Virus record (IMG/VR): IMGVR_UViG_3300020045_016215
Coordinates: 1-39,014 of that record
Direction: 5' to 3' (one strand)
Source: a virus
Lineage: Duplodnaviria; Caudoviricetes
DNA: 39,014 nt
Shown here: positions 1 through 8,207 of the stretch, in pieces
Numbering within the stretch: the stretch's first letter is position 1
How the letters are laid out: each line of letters starts with the position of its first letter
Program-made: the position numbers and the translations under genes
The notes under the pieces: generated by a model
Told to the model about the DNA's origin: nothing
The model's input: only the letters and a program-made list of their open reading frames with translations
The model's database searches: none

Positions 1-121
1 AAAATTATAAACCCACAACTATTATATACTTTAATTTTAATAGCTTGGATGTTATTAGGGGTTTGGAATATTACTATAATTACAACTTGGTTTAAGAATC
101 AATTTTATTACATCCAGAACC
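1..121. repeat. 121-bp direct repeat, copy 1 (identical to 1085-1205)
   Basis: Base-by-base identity of 1-121 with 1085-1205; diverges at 122/1206. Confidence 0.95.
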
Positions 122-336
122 TGGAATATACTACCAACCTTAATCACATTATTTTTAACAACAGGTTTGTTGGAAGTGGTTTTAACATTTAATTTGGCAC
201 TAAATTCATCTCCACTAAATCGGATAGTTCCTAACTCACATTTCAAACCATGCTTTGTTTCAAAAGCTTTAATTGTTTCTTCAAATGATTTCCTTAATTC
301 TTTTAAATTTGATCTGTCGAAATTAGTTATTTTCAT
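55..336 (-). CDS. N-terminal part of a hypothetical phage protein lying in an inverted segment
   Basis: ATG preceded by A-rich leader and promoter motif; shares NVIKVGSIFQV with ORF 453-689 through the inverted repeat. Confidence 0.6.
   Translation of the reverse strand: MKITNFDRSNLKELRKSFEETIKAFETKHGLKCELGTIRFSGDEFSAKLNVKTTSNKPVVKNNVIKVGSIFQVLDVIKLILKPSCNYSNIPNP
118..151. repeat. 34-bp inverted repeat, left arm (partner 461-494)
   Basis: AACCTGGAATATACTACCAACCTTAATCACATTA is the exact reverse complement of 461-494. Confidence 0.95.
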
Positions 337-356
337 CTTTTTTTATTTTTACGTCG

Positions 357-388
357 TAAATATACAACCAATCCCTCAGATAACCAAA
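357..388 (-). promoter_or_regulatory. Early/middle promoter TTTGG-N19-TATATTTA
   Basis: Reverse-strand match to the motif recurring across the window. Confidence 0.75.
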
Positions 389-452
389 TTTATTGTTGTG
401 TTTTTATTTAATCTCATTTATTGCTTACCAATAAACTATATTTTGTAGCGCG

Positions 453-689
453 TTGATTATTAATGTGATTAAGGTTGGTAGTATATTCCAGGTTAAAAGG
501 ACATGTTATAAAGTGTTGAGTATTGAGAACAAGGGTAAATATAATATTTCAACAATTACTGATTCAGGAAAACGTTACGCTGTACCAAGTTCATTTTTAA
601 TGGATGGAACTGATGTTACCAGTAATAAAATGATCCAATCCAGGTTTAGCAATGCAAAATCTGTAATGGCATCATATTTGAATGATTAA
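453..689 (+). CDS. C-terminal part of the same hypothetical protein
   Basis: Begins with NVIKVGSIFQV shared with 55-336; weak TTG start. Confidence 0.55.
   Translation: MIINVIKVGSIFQVKRTCYKVLSIENKGKYNISTITDSGKRYAVPSSFLMDGTDVTSNKMIQSRFSNAKSVMASYLND
461..494. repeat. 34-bp inverted repeat, right arm
   Basis: Reverse complement of 118-151. Confidence 0.95.
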
Positions 690-828
690 GTAAAATAATT
701 ACGTAAGGGTTCTTACGTAAGAAGATTACGTAAGAGGAAATTACGTAATTACGTAAGAAGAATTAAGTAAAATAGATTACGTAAGAGAACAATTACGTAA
801 GAGGATTAAGTAAAACAAAATTAAGTAA
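686..828. repeat. Array of palindromic TTACGTAA (7 copies) and TTAAGTAA (4 copies)
   Basis: TTACGTAA at 699, 713, 726, 741, 749, 777, 793; TTAAGTAA at 686, 763, 806, 821; mostly 13-16 bp apart. Confidence 0.9.
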
Positions 829-841
829 AATATAAATAACA

Positions 842-1042
842 ATGGAAGAATTAACAAAAAACATTTTAAAAAGGGTATTTAAAGATGAAACCAAATCCAA
901 CATCAAAATTGTGAGTGATGTGCTTTTATTAAATACAGATAATAATACACGAGCAAATTTAATATGTGAACATTTGGATATTGAAAAAAGGGAGAATCGT
1001 TGGAATATTCGTACTTATCTTGATAACCAGGGTATCAATTAA
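842..1042 (+). CDS. hypothetical protein
   Basis: ORF with A-rich leader in the + strand gene run. Confidence 0.7.
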   Translation: MEELTKNILKRVFKDETKSNIKIVSDVLLLNTDNNTRANLICEHLDIEKRENRWNIRTYLDNQGIN

Positions 1043-1074
1043 TTTGGATACCGTAATTCCCTATCGTATATTTA
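1043..1074 (+). promoter_or_regulatory. Early/middle promoter TTTGG-N19-TATATTTA
   Basis: Exact motif and spacing. Confidence 0.75.
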
Positions 1075-1078
1075 CGGC

Positions 1079-1303
1079 ATAATAAAAATTATAAACCCAC
1101 AACTATTATATACTTTAATTTTAATAGCTTGGATGTTATTAGGGGTTTGGAATATTACTATAATTACAACTTGGTTTAAGAATCAATTTTATTACATCCA
1201 GAACCCAAACCAACCTAAAACATCACTCAAATGGCAATCAATATATGAATTCATAAGTATAATTACTATAATGTTATTTATTTATTTAACAACCAAAATA
1301 TGA
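1079..1303 (+). CDS. putative small membrane protein with ATA start (or mutated start)
   Basis: 74 open codons with two hydrophobic stretches; stop overlaps the next ATG (ATGA); ATA sits where ATG sits at other promoters. Confidence 0.45.
   Translation: MIKIINPQLLYTLILIAWMLLGVWNITIITTWFKNQFYYIQNPNQPKTSLKWQSIYEFISIITIMLFIYLTTKI
1085..1205. repeat. 121-bp direct repeat, copy 2
   Basis: Identical to 1-121. Confidence 0.95.
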
Positions 1304-1494
1304 TAGAAGATAAAATAGTACAATATCTGATTGATAATCCAGACCATATTTTACACTATTTACAAATGGCATTTATAGGGGGTCAATTAAAAGGATTAAA
1401 TGATGCAAGACACATTTATGACCCATTATCTGTTATTGAAGATAAACCTGATTTTACTGAATGGTTATTAATTGAAAATTATAAATTAAGATAG
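1300..1494 (+). CDS. hypothetical protein
   Basis: ORF track; tight packing. Confidence 0.7.
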   Translation: MIEDKIVQYLIDNPDHILHYLQMAFIGGQLKGLNDARHIYDPLSVIEDKPDFTEWLLIENYKLR

Positions 1495-1508
1495 ATAAAA
1501 AGCCAAAG

Positions 1509-1712
1509 ATGTACTACGAAGAAAAACAATTTTATGGTTATTGGTATTACAGAACCACACCCAAGGGTGATTGGAAACCATTTTCAGACGACCAATATGC
1601 GATGAAGGGATTAAAATTAATCGAACACAAACCAAGTGATTATTGGGTTATTAGGTTTACTGGGTTTGAAAACAAATACCATAATAAATTAAACGAATTT
1701 ATCTATAAATGA
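1509..1712 (+). CDS. hypothetical protein
   Basis: ORF track; stop overlaps next start. Confidence 0.7.
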   Translation: MYYEEKQFYGYWYYRTTPKGDWKPFSDDQYAMKGLKLIEHKPSDYWVIRFTGFENKYHNKLNEFIYK

Positions 1713-1861
1713 AACACGTAATTAAACACCTTAACAAACGACATCACCACGATGATTTTTCATTTAAGAGTTTTTTAATCCAAATGTTAGCAACCATAGT
1801 AGGAGTTTTGGTTGTGGCTGGGATTTTTAAATTGGGTGAGTGGTTGGGTTTGGTTAATTGA
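1709..1861 (+). CDS. small membrane protein (50 aa)
   Basis: Hand translation MKHVIKHLNKRHHHDDF...LATIVGVLVVAGIFKLGEWLGLVN; one hydrophobic helix. Confidence 0.65.
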   Translation: MKHVIKHLNKRHHHDDFSFKSFLIQMLATIVGVLVVAGIFKLGEWLGLVN

Positions 1862-2113
1862 AATATGTTTTTTACCCGTCTTGAAGTGTATTAAAACTCG
1901 AAACGAAATAAGATAATAGATGGTTATGATTTGGTGATATATACCGCATATATACGTTAGGGTATCCCACGTGCGCTGATGTCAGTCGGATGCGGGGAGG
2001 GTGTGGAAAAGGGACTTGAGGTAAACCTCTTACCCTTACACCCTTTTAACCCATCCAAAAGGTATATACAAAAGATAACAATACATAGAAATATATACTT
2101 ATATACGAAAATG

Positions 2114-2145
2114 GTTGGAAAATTAAAAAAAACATTGTATATTGA
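2114..2145 (+). promoter_or_regulatory. Promoter variant GTTGG-N19-TATATTGA
   Basis: Motif with conserved 19-nt spacer. Confidence 0.6.
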
Positions 2146-2176
2146 ACGTAATGAAAATAGAAGATTTATATTAATT

Positions 2177-2350
2177 ATGGAAAATAAACAGAAAACAGAA
2201 ACAATAGATTATTTTGAATGTGAAAGATGTAATCATTCTTCTGAGAATATTGAAAACCTGATGTGCCCTTGCCCCAGAGGTAGTTGTGAGGCAGAATTTA
2301 TGGGAAAAGTAATAATAACAAGAAAAATTATTAAAACAAATGCAAATTAG
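2177..2350 (+). CDS. small Cys-rich (putative Zn-binding) protein
   Basis: CERC...CPCPRGSC; probable true start of ORF 1979-2350, downstream of the promoter. Confidence 0.65.
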   Translation: MENKQKTETIDYFECERCNHSSENIENLMCPCPRGSCEAEFMGKVIITRKIIKTNAN

Positions 2351-2597
2351 ATATCAAACAAATTTAGATCATTATTATGGTTCAGATTTTCCTCAATTAG
2401 ACATTGGAATAATCCCACGTAAAGGGGAAAAAGTTCATGTTTTGCCTGAATGTGCAGGTAGATTAATGGATTTGAACTTACCTACTTGTTTAGAAGTATA
2501 TGATGTTGATTATCATCATAATCGTGTAGTAATAGAACTTTGGTATTCTGAAATCCAAGTACAGATGTTAAAAATGAATAATAACTTTTTGAAATAA
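2340..2597 (+). CDS. hypothetical protein
   Basis: ORF track; overlaps upstream gene end. Confidence 0.75.
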   Translation: MQIRYQTNLDHYYGSDFPQLDIGIIPRKGEKVHVLPECAGRLMDLNLPTCLEVYDVDYHHNRVVIELWYSEIQVQMLKMNNNFLK

Positions 2598-2608
2598 ATT
2601 TATAAAAA

Positions 2609-2860
2609 ATGAAAAAATTAATTATTATAGTATTATTACTATTAACTTCATGTGATTATGCGTTAGTAAGTAAAACTAAAACTGAAGAACAAATAACTAT
2701 TGCTTTAGAAAAAGCCTATTTTGAAGGTCAAAGAGATGCTATTAATGGAGATATTAGAATTAAACTCTCAAAAGATAGTGTTTACAATTGGATTAAAAGC
2801 CCTTGGAATGAAAGTACTAAACCAATATATAATCCAACTTATTTAGATACTAAAAATTAA
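2609..2860 (+). CDS. putative lipoprotein
   Basis: MKK + hydrophobic run + LTSC lipobox. Confidence 0.75.
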   Translation: MKKLIIIVLLLLTSCDYALVSKTKTEEQITIALEKAYFEGQRDAINGDIRIKLSKDSVYNWIKSPWNESTKPIYNPTYLDTKN

Positions 2861-2865
2861 AAATT

Positions 2866-3030
2866 ATGTTACAAGATCCAAACGTAGGAAGAGCAATTGA
2901 AAAAGCAACTAGGCCTTTAATTAAAAAAATTGAAAAACTGGAAAAAGAATTGGGGTTTGTTAAAAACCATGTTAAATTCTTATTCCGGGAAGAAGGTGAA
3001 GATTTAGAAAATGAATTTGAAAAATTATGA
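2866..3030 (+). CDS. small coiled-coil protein (54 aa)
   Basis: Hand translation MLQDPNVGRAIEKATRPLIKKIEKLEKEL...; fills the gap with an ATGA overlap. Confidence 0.65.
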   Translation: MLQDPNVGRAIEKATRPLIKKIEKLEKELGFVKNHVKFLFREEGEDLENEFEKL

Positions 3031-3326
3031 AATATATATGTACTAATTCTTTTGACTCCCAAAATGGGAAAGTATATTCTTATGGGAGAGAGATTTCTTC
3101 ATCTGAATATAATGATTTATATTATTCTGAACAGGATAATTTTGAGGAAAGTGACGAAGATGATGATTCTCTTTTAGAAGATATTGTTGGAATTGGGTTA
3201 GGAGTAGCTATTTCATCTTTACTTGATAATGATGAAGATTCAGATGATAGTTCAATTATTGATGATATTGGTGGTTTATTTGGAGGAGGTAAAAGTGGAG
3301 GTGGTGGTGCAGGTGGTAGTTGGTAA
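3027..3326 (+). CDS. acidic protein with Gly-rich tail
   Basis: D/E-rich; C-terminus FGGGKSGGGGAGGSW. Confidence 0.8.
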   Translation: MKYICTNSFDSQNGKVYSYGREISSSEYNDLYYSEQDNFEESDEDDDSLLEDIVGIGLGVAISSLLDNDEDSDDSSIIDDIGGLFGGGKSGGGGAGGSW

Positions 3327-3334
3327 AAATATAA

Positions 3335-3366
3335 TTTGGAAAATTAAAATTTTGGTTGTATATTTA
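3335..3366 (+). promoter_or_regulatory. Early/middle promoter TTTGG-N19-TATATTTA
   Basis: Exact motif; ATG 4 nt downstream. Confidence 0.75.
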
Positions 3367-3370
3367 CACC

Positions 3371-3547
3371 ATGAAAAATGAAATAAAAGTTAATGAATTG
3401 GTTTTTTTAGATAATACCCCAAACCGAAGGGGTTGGAGGGTAATGGTTAAATCCTTTGACAAAAAAGAAGCCACTGTTTATGACCAAATGGACCCAAGTA
3501 AAACTTGGAAAGTAGAATTAAAAAGATTATCACCTATAGTAAAATAA
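3371..3547 (+). CDS. hypothetical protein (SH3-like size, possibly leaderless)
   Basis: ATG at 3371 in ORF 3356-3547. Confidence 0.7.
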   Translation: MKNEIKVNELVFLDNTPNRRGWRVMVKSFDKKEATVYDQMDPSKTWKVELKRLSPIVK

Positions 3548-3781
3548 ATGGGAATTCTTAAAGAAGTTTTATTGTATGAGGATATTGGAACTAGACTTCA
3601 TAATTATTTTCAATCAAAAATTGATATATTAGAAAAAGAAGGAAAAATTCCAATAATAGTGGGGGGTGCAACAGCTCAAGAAATTGGGTGTACTAAAAAT
3701 AAACAAAATATTTATGTTAGTATAGGGGATGATGAAGATCTTATTTTTATGAGTGAAGAAGAATGGGAAAATATTAAATAA
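3548..3781 (+). CDS. hypothetical protein
   Basis: ORF track; abuts upstream stop. Confidence 0.7.
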   Translation: MGILKEVLLYEDIGTRLHNYFQSKIDILEKEGKIPIIVGGATAQEIGCTKNKQNIYVSIGDDEDLIFMSEEEWENIK

Positions 3782-3800
3782 ACAAAATAAAATATAAATT

Positions 3801-4007
3801 ATGTTATTAGCAATCGCAATTATTAGTGGAGTAAATTATTTATTTTCTTTTTTAAAAAATTTAGAAAATGGAAGATGGGATGTTAATGTATTAACAGCTT
3901 CTATTTTAGTTTTATCAACGTGGAATAGTTGTTTACCATTATCAATTATTATGATGTGTGTTACTTCATTAATAGGAATTATTGGGGCTATTTATAATGA
4001 AAAATAA
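3801..4007 (+). CDS. small membrane protein
   Basis: Mostly hydrophobic. Confidence 0.7.
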   Translation: MLLAIAIISGVNYLFSFLKNLENGRWDVNVLTASILVLSTWNSCLPLSIIMMCVTSLIGIIGAIYNEK

Positions 4008-4008
4008 A

Positions 4009-4040
4009 TTTGGTTCCCCAAATCCCTTGTTGTATATTTA
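4009..4040 (+). promoter_or_regulatory. Early/middle promoter TTTGG-N19-TATATTTA
   Basis: Exact motif. Confidence 0.75.
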
Positions 4041-4061
4041 CGACGTAAAAAAATAAAAGTT

Positions 4062-4868
4062 ATGATAAATTTAAAAAACACAAACCCTCTAACTGAGGAT
4101 GAGATTAGGAGTAAAGCTCCATCTGTATTTACTGAAATTGGTTCACCTTCAACCACTTCTGAAAAGTATTGTCATATTTCAACCTCAAAAGTAATTGAGG
4201 ATATGGCTTTATTAGGTTGGAATGTAACTGATGTAAAAGAAGTTAAAGCTCGTAAAGATGAAAATAAAGGTTATCAAAAACATTTAGTCATTTTTCGTAA
4301 TGATGATATTATTATAAATGGAGAAGATAATGATACAATTTATCCTCAAATTTTACTTACAAATTCTCATGATGGTAAAAATTCATTTATATTTACAGCT
4401 GGTTTGTTTCGTTTGGTTTTGGGAAATGGGTTGGTTTTGAGTGAGCAAACCTTTGAAAATATGAAGTTACGTCATTATGGATATACTTTTGAGGAATTAC
4501 AAAAAATAATAAATCAAATTACTGAAAAACTTCCACTAACTGTTGAAAGTTTGAATAAATTCAAAGAAACCATTTTAAATCAAGAACAATGTGTTGAATT
4601 TGCTAAAGAAGCAATAAAATGCCGTTTTTCAGAAGAAGAAATAAATCGTATCGAAATTGATTATGAAGATTTATTTTCACCTGTTAGGAAAGAAGATGAA
4701 GATATGAATCTATGGAATGTATTTAACGTAGTTCAGGAAAAAATAATTAATGGAAAATTTAATTATAATTATGGGGTTAAACTTAGAAAAGCTCGTAAAA
4801 TTAAAAATTTCAAACAAGATATGGTTGTGAATGAAAAATTGTATTCTTTGGCTCTTAATTATTGTTAA
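4062..4868 (+). CDS. DUF932/DUF945 family protein
   Basis: APSVF, KHLVIFR, ILLTNSHDG, AGLFRLVxxNGL, LWNVFNVVQE motifs. Confidence 0.85.
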   Translation: MINLKNTNPLTEDEIRSKAPSVFTEIGSPSTTSEKYCHISTSKVIEDMALLGWNVTDVKEVKARKDENKGYQKHLVIFRNDDIIINGEDNDTIYPQILLTNSHDGKNSFIFTAGLFRLVLGNGLVLSEQTFENMKLRHYGYTFEELQKIINQITEKLPLTVESLNKFKETILNQEQCVEFAKEAIKCRFSEEEINRIEIDYEDLFSPVRKEDEDMNLWNVFNVVQEKIINGKFNYNYGVKLRKARKIKNFKQDMVVNEKLYSLALNYC

Positions 4869-4872
4869 AATT

Positions 4873-5046
4873 ATGAAAAACTTTTTAGTAAACAAAGGTT
4901 TTGGTTGGATGATTTTCTTTATTATAATGATTTTATCCGTTATTTTTCATGAACTAATCCCTTGGGTGGTTTTTATTAGAAAATTATTTTTTATAAGTGC
5001 TGTTTTATTTGTATTTTTCTTTATGGCTTGGGTGAAAAAATCATGA
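4873..5046 (+). CDS. small membrane protein
   Basis: Two hydrophobic helices; internal ATG of ORF 4831-5046. Confidence 0.65.
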   Translation: MKNFLVNKGFGWMIFFIIMILSVIFHELIPWVVFIRKLFFISAVLFVFFFMAWVKKS

Positions 5047-5213
5047 TAACACAAGAAGATATAAAAGAAATTATAAATCAACATGAAAAGGAACACGATC
5101 TTCATTTTATGCCTTTTGTAAAGGCTCACATAGAAGAAATTGTAAAAAAATCTTTGAACTTTTTAAATGACAAAATAAATGAAACCAGTAGAAATACTAA
5201 CAATCAAGAATAA
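5043..5213 (+). CDS. hypothetical protein
   Basis: ATGA overlap with upstream gene. Confidence 0.6.
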   Translation: MITQEDIKEIINQHEKEHDLHFMPFVKAHIEEIVKKSLNFLNDKINETSRNTNNQE

Positions 5214-6351
5214 GATTCCTCTTTTTAAGGGGGATGAAGAAGCTAATGCTATTGAACTTATTCAACTTGAAGAAGTTGGATTTGAGATTGTGGCACAAAA
5301 AGGATTATATGATATTGGAGATAAAGCTGTTTATATCCAACCCGATTATTCTTTATCTGATATTCCTCTTTTTGAATCATTTTTAAGACCACAAGGAGAT
5401 CCTAAGAAATCAAAATTAGGTTCAAGCAATCGTATTAGAGCTGTTAAATTTAATTTACATCGTGGAGATGGTTTGCCTGTTTATTCATTAGGAATTTTAC
5501 TTCCATACCATGAAGTTTATGATTTATTTCCTACAAAGGGTTTTGGTTATGAAAGAGATACAGATGTTGATTTAACAGAATTATTAGAAATTACCAAATG
5601 GGAAGCTCCTGATAATTCTGGTTCAGGTTTAAATACAGGAAGATCTACTAATTTCCCTTCAGACATGTATCATACTGATGAAGAAAATATAAATAATCTT
5701 TGGAATAAAATTTATTATCCTATTACTTTAATAGGTTCTGAAAAATGTGATGGGAGCAGTATTTCACTTTGGTATAAAAGAGGAGAGAGTGGTATTTGTA
5801 GTAGAAAATTGGGGAAACCACTCACTTGTAAAAAAGTAGTTGGGAGAGAAAAATTAAATTTTATTTATAAATTTATAAATTGGTGTGTTGATTATAAACC
5901 AGACCTAAACATTTATAATGAGGTTGAAAATGATGATGATTTTGTTAAAATTGGGAAACCTTATTTAGATAAATTGGTTGAATTTTGTAAAAGAACAGGA
6001 CAAGATTTTGTTTTGAGGGGGGAATTAAATGGAGAAGGATTAAAGGGATCAGGAAATAAAAATAACCCTGATGTAAAAAATAAACCAAATATTAAATTTT
6101 TTGGATTGGACAATTATGTTGGATTTTCAACAAAAGAACCTGAAAAATATTTTAATTGGATTGTTTGTGATAAATTAGGATTTACAAGATGTAAAGTTGT
6201 GTTTAATAAAACATTTAATTCAAAAGAAGAATTATTGGAAGAATGTAATAATTATTTCAAAGATCATATGATTGAGGGAATAGTTGTGAGAACATTAGAC
6301 TCACAATTTTCAGCTAAAATTATGAACCTAGAATACGATTCCAAAAAATAA
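5179..6351 (+). CDS. RNA ligase, DRB0094 (Rnl2/Rnl5-like) family
   Basis: N-terminal OB-like module; motif I EKCDGSS; RGE; EGIVVR; C-terminal SAKIMN. Confidence 0.88.
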   Translation: MKPVEILTIKNKIPLFKGDEEANAIELIQLEEVGFEIVAQKGLYDIGDKAVYIQPDYSLSDIPLFESFLRPQGDPKKSKLGSSNRIRAVKFNLHRGDGLPVYSLGILLPYHEVYDLFPTKGFGYERDTDVDLTELLEITKWEAPDNSGSGLNTGRSTNFPSDMYHTDEENINNLWNKIYYPITLIGSEKCDGSSISLWYKRGESGICSRKLGKPLTCKKVVGREKLNFIYKFINWCVDYKPDLNIYNEVENDDDFVKIGKPYLDKLVEFCKRTGQDFVLRGELNGEGLKGSGNKNNPDVKNKPNIKFFGLDNYVGFSTKEPEKYFNWIVCDKLGFTRCKVVFNKTFNSKEELLEECNNYFKDHMIEGIVVRTLDSQFSAKIMNLEYDSKK

Positions 6352-6388
6352 TCGGGCAAAATATAAATAAATATATTATATTAACGTT

Positions 6389-6544
6389 ATGAAACTAAAA
6401 AAATCTGATAAGAAGGTAATTGACTGTTTAGTTATGTATCATATCCACTGTTATTACCATAATGGAGTTGATGTATCTAAATTTGGAGAAATACGTAAAA
6501 AAATAAAAAAATGGTATAAACGTCAAAATTATATATGTAAATAA
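6389..6544 (+). CDS. small basic protein (51 aa)
   Basis: Hand translation MKLKKSDKKVIDC...; ATG 4 nt after TATATTAA. Confidence 0.55.
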   Translation: MKLKKSDKKVIDCLVMYHIHCYYHNGVDVSKFGEIRKKIKKWYKRQNYICK

Positions 6545-6551
6545 TAAAATT

Positions 6552-6621
6552 GTTCCTTTCGTCTAGCTGGTTAGGACGGCACTGCGCGCAGCAAACATGG
6601 GTTCGAATCCTCTAAGGAACA
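6552..6621 (+). ncRNA. tRNA-like RNA with collapsed anticodon arm
   Basis: Acceptor GTTCCTT/AAGGAAC, Glu-like D arm, GGTTCGAATCC; anticodon region CTGC-GC-GCAG, no 7-nt loop. Confidence 0.65.
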
Positions 6622-6643
6622 CAAATAAACAACAAAAAAAAAT

Positions 6644-6832
6644 ATGCAAAATCCAAACACAAAACCAACAAGAGAAACTGCCATTAATGATTTAATTTTT
6701 CTTGAATCAGTAAGAGATGAAATGTATAAATATCATCCTTCCAACCCAAACAAAGTTTCATTAATACAATCATATAATGATGTTTTAAAGGAAATTGAAC
6801 AACAAGAAAAATTAATAGAAACATTATCTTAA
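6644..6832 (+). CDS. hypothetical protein
   Basis: ORF with A-rich leader; YHPSNP motif. Confidence 0.7.
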   Translation: MQNPNTKPTRETAINDLIFLESVRDEMYKYHPSNPNKVSLIQSYNDVLKEIEQQEKLIETLS

Positions 6833-6851
6833 TATATTTATAAGATAATAA

Positions 6852-6940
6852 GCTACAGTGGCGAAATGGTGAGACGCGATGGGCTTAAGACTCATTACCC
6901 TTTGAGGTGAACACTGTCGGTTCGAGTCCGACCTGTAGTA
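6852..6940 (+). tRNA. tRNA-Leu(TAA)
   Basis: Cloverleaf; ATGGG-CTTAAGA-CTCAT; long variable arm. Confidence 0.92.
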
Positions 6941-6942
6941 CT

Positions 6943-7048
6943 AATAATAAATTTGTCCTCTGAGGTTGGAAAACATTATTAATTAGGTTCGAGTCCTAGG
7001 TTGGGGTTAATACCAATTATCCCTGACATTAATGCAACATTTATTATT
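6943..7048 (+). ncRNA. structured RNA candidate with internal T-arm
   Basis: 10-bp closing stem AATAATAAAT/ATTTATTATT; TTAGG-TTCGAGT-CCTAG followed by a GTTGG/CCAAT hairpin. Confidence 0.45.
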
Positions 7049-7051
7049 TAT

Positions 7052-7123
7052 GCCCTTATCGTATAATGGATATTACAAGGAACTTCTAATTCTTTAATAT
7101 TGGTTCGATTCCAGTTAGGGGTA
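7052..7123 (+). tRNA. tRNA-Arg(TCT)
   Basis: Cloverleaf; AGGAA-CTTCTAA-TTCTT. Confidence 0.9.
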
Positions 7124-7206
7124 CTTGAGGTGTGATTAAATTAAATATTTAAAATGGTCCTCAAATGAGTTTTAAGGGAAATTCTCAGAAAAAAATATCC
7201 CTATTT

Positions 7207-7292
7207 GGAAGCGCGCAATTGACTGAGCTTATCCGTCTTGAAAACGGTGATGGTTGTAAAAGGCCGTGTAGGTTGGATTCCTATCGCTTCCG
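7207..7292 (+). tRNA. tRNA-Ser(TGA)
   Basis: GGAAGCG/CGCTTCC; CCGT-CTTGAAA-ACGG; long variable arm; atypical D arm and T loop (TTGGATT). Confidence 0.8.
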
Positions 7293-7338
7293 CAATTGGT
7301 TTTACTGGGTAGTTTCCTGATCAAAAAACGTCCCACCT

Positions 7339-7425
7339 GGTAGGATACTCAAATGGTAAAGAGGACAGTTTGCTAAACTGTTAGGAGCCTAAAAACTTGC
7401 GTGAGTTCGATCCTCACTTCTACCA
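7339..7425 (+). tRNA. tRNA-Ser(GCT)
   Basis: ACAGT-TTGCTAA-ACTGT; long variable arm. Confidence 0.9.
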
Positions 7426-7502
7426 CTTTTATTGAATATTGTAATTTTTAATGGAAGAAAGATATGGGATAATATTTATAATTGAATAAAATAAAATTAT
7501 AA

Positions 7503-8207
7503 ATGAATATAACAAAAATTTATCTTATAACTAATTGTTATGGAGATCCTAATAAAGTTTATATTGGGAAAACAAAAAAGAAATATGGTAGAAAGGGATC
7601 TCATAAAAAAAGATTTGGTAAAGAAATTATTTATACTTATATAGATGAATTAAATTCAATAGAATCCAAAGATTGGAAACCTTTAGAATGTTATTGGATT
7701 TCTCAATTCAAAGAATGGGGGTTTGAAATAATGAATAAAAATGAAGGTGGAAATGGAGCAGATTTTCAAACTAAAGAATCAAATGAAAAAAGAAGTAATG
7801 CTTTAAAAGGTAAACCTAATTTAAAAAACAGGATATTAAAACCATATCAAAATAAACCAATATTACAATATGATTTTGAGGGAAATTTTATAAGAGAATG
7901 GAAATCAATAACTCATGCAAGTAAATATTTTAAAATTGGAACACAAAATATAATTCATTGCTTAAGAAATCATCAAAAAACAACTAATAATTTTGTATGG
8001 AGGTATAAATTAAATAATTTTTACCCTTTAAAAGTAGATAAAATTAAAAATTTTTTATTTCAATATAATAAAAATGGGGAATTTATAAAAAAATGGAATA
8101 ATCAAATAGAAGTATATAAAATATTAAAAATAAATAATATTAATATTAGTAATTGTATAAAAGGAAGACAAAAAACTGCTGGTGGGTATATTTGGAAATA
8201 TGAATAA
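7503..8207 (+). CDS. GIY-YIG homing endonuclease with NUMOD1-type repeats
   Basis: KIYLITN...VYIGKT; MNKNEGG; two C-terminal LQY..G.FI..W...C.....KT..G..W.Y repeats. Confidence 0.85.
   Translation: MNITKIYLITNCYGDPNKVYIGKTKKKYGRKGSHKKRFGKEIIYTYIDELNSIESKDWKPLECYWISQFKEWGFEIMNKNEGGNGADFQTKESNEKRSNALKGKPNLKNRILKPYQNKPILQYDFEGNFIREWKSITHASKYFKIGTQNIIHCLRNHQKTTNNFVWRYKLNNFYPLKVDKIKNFLFQYNKNGEFIKKWNNQIEVYKILKINNINISNCIKGRQKTAGGYIWKYE

Noticed and set aside
167-448. + strand ORF 167-448
   Set aside because: Antisense to 55-336 and runs through its promoter
686-828. CRISPR array
   Set aside because: Repeats are 8 bp with 0-8 bp spacers, far below CRISPR dimensions; no cas genes seen
1955-1983. 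HDV-like ribozyme around TCCCACG
   Set aside because: Only a simple hairpin; no P2 strand between P1 and P3
7503-8207. Group I intron hosting the GIY-YIG gene
   Set aside because: Flanking tRNA and phosphoesterase genes are intact and no intron core is visible; freestanding
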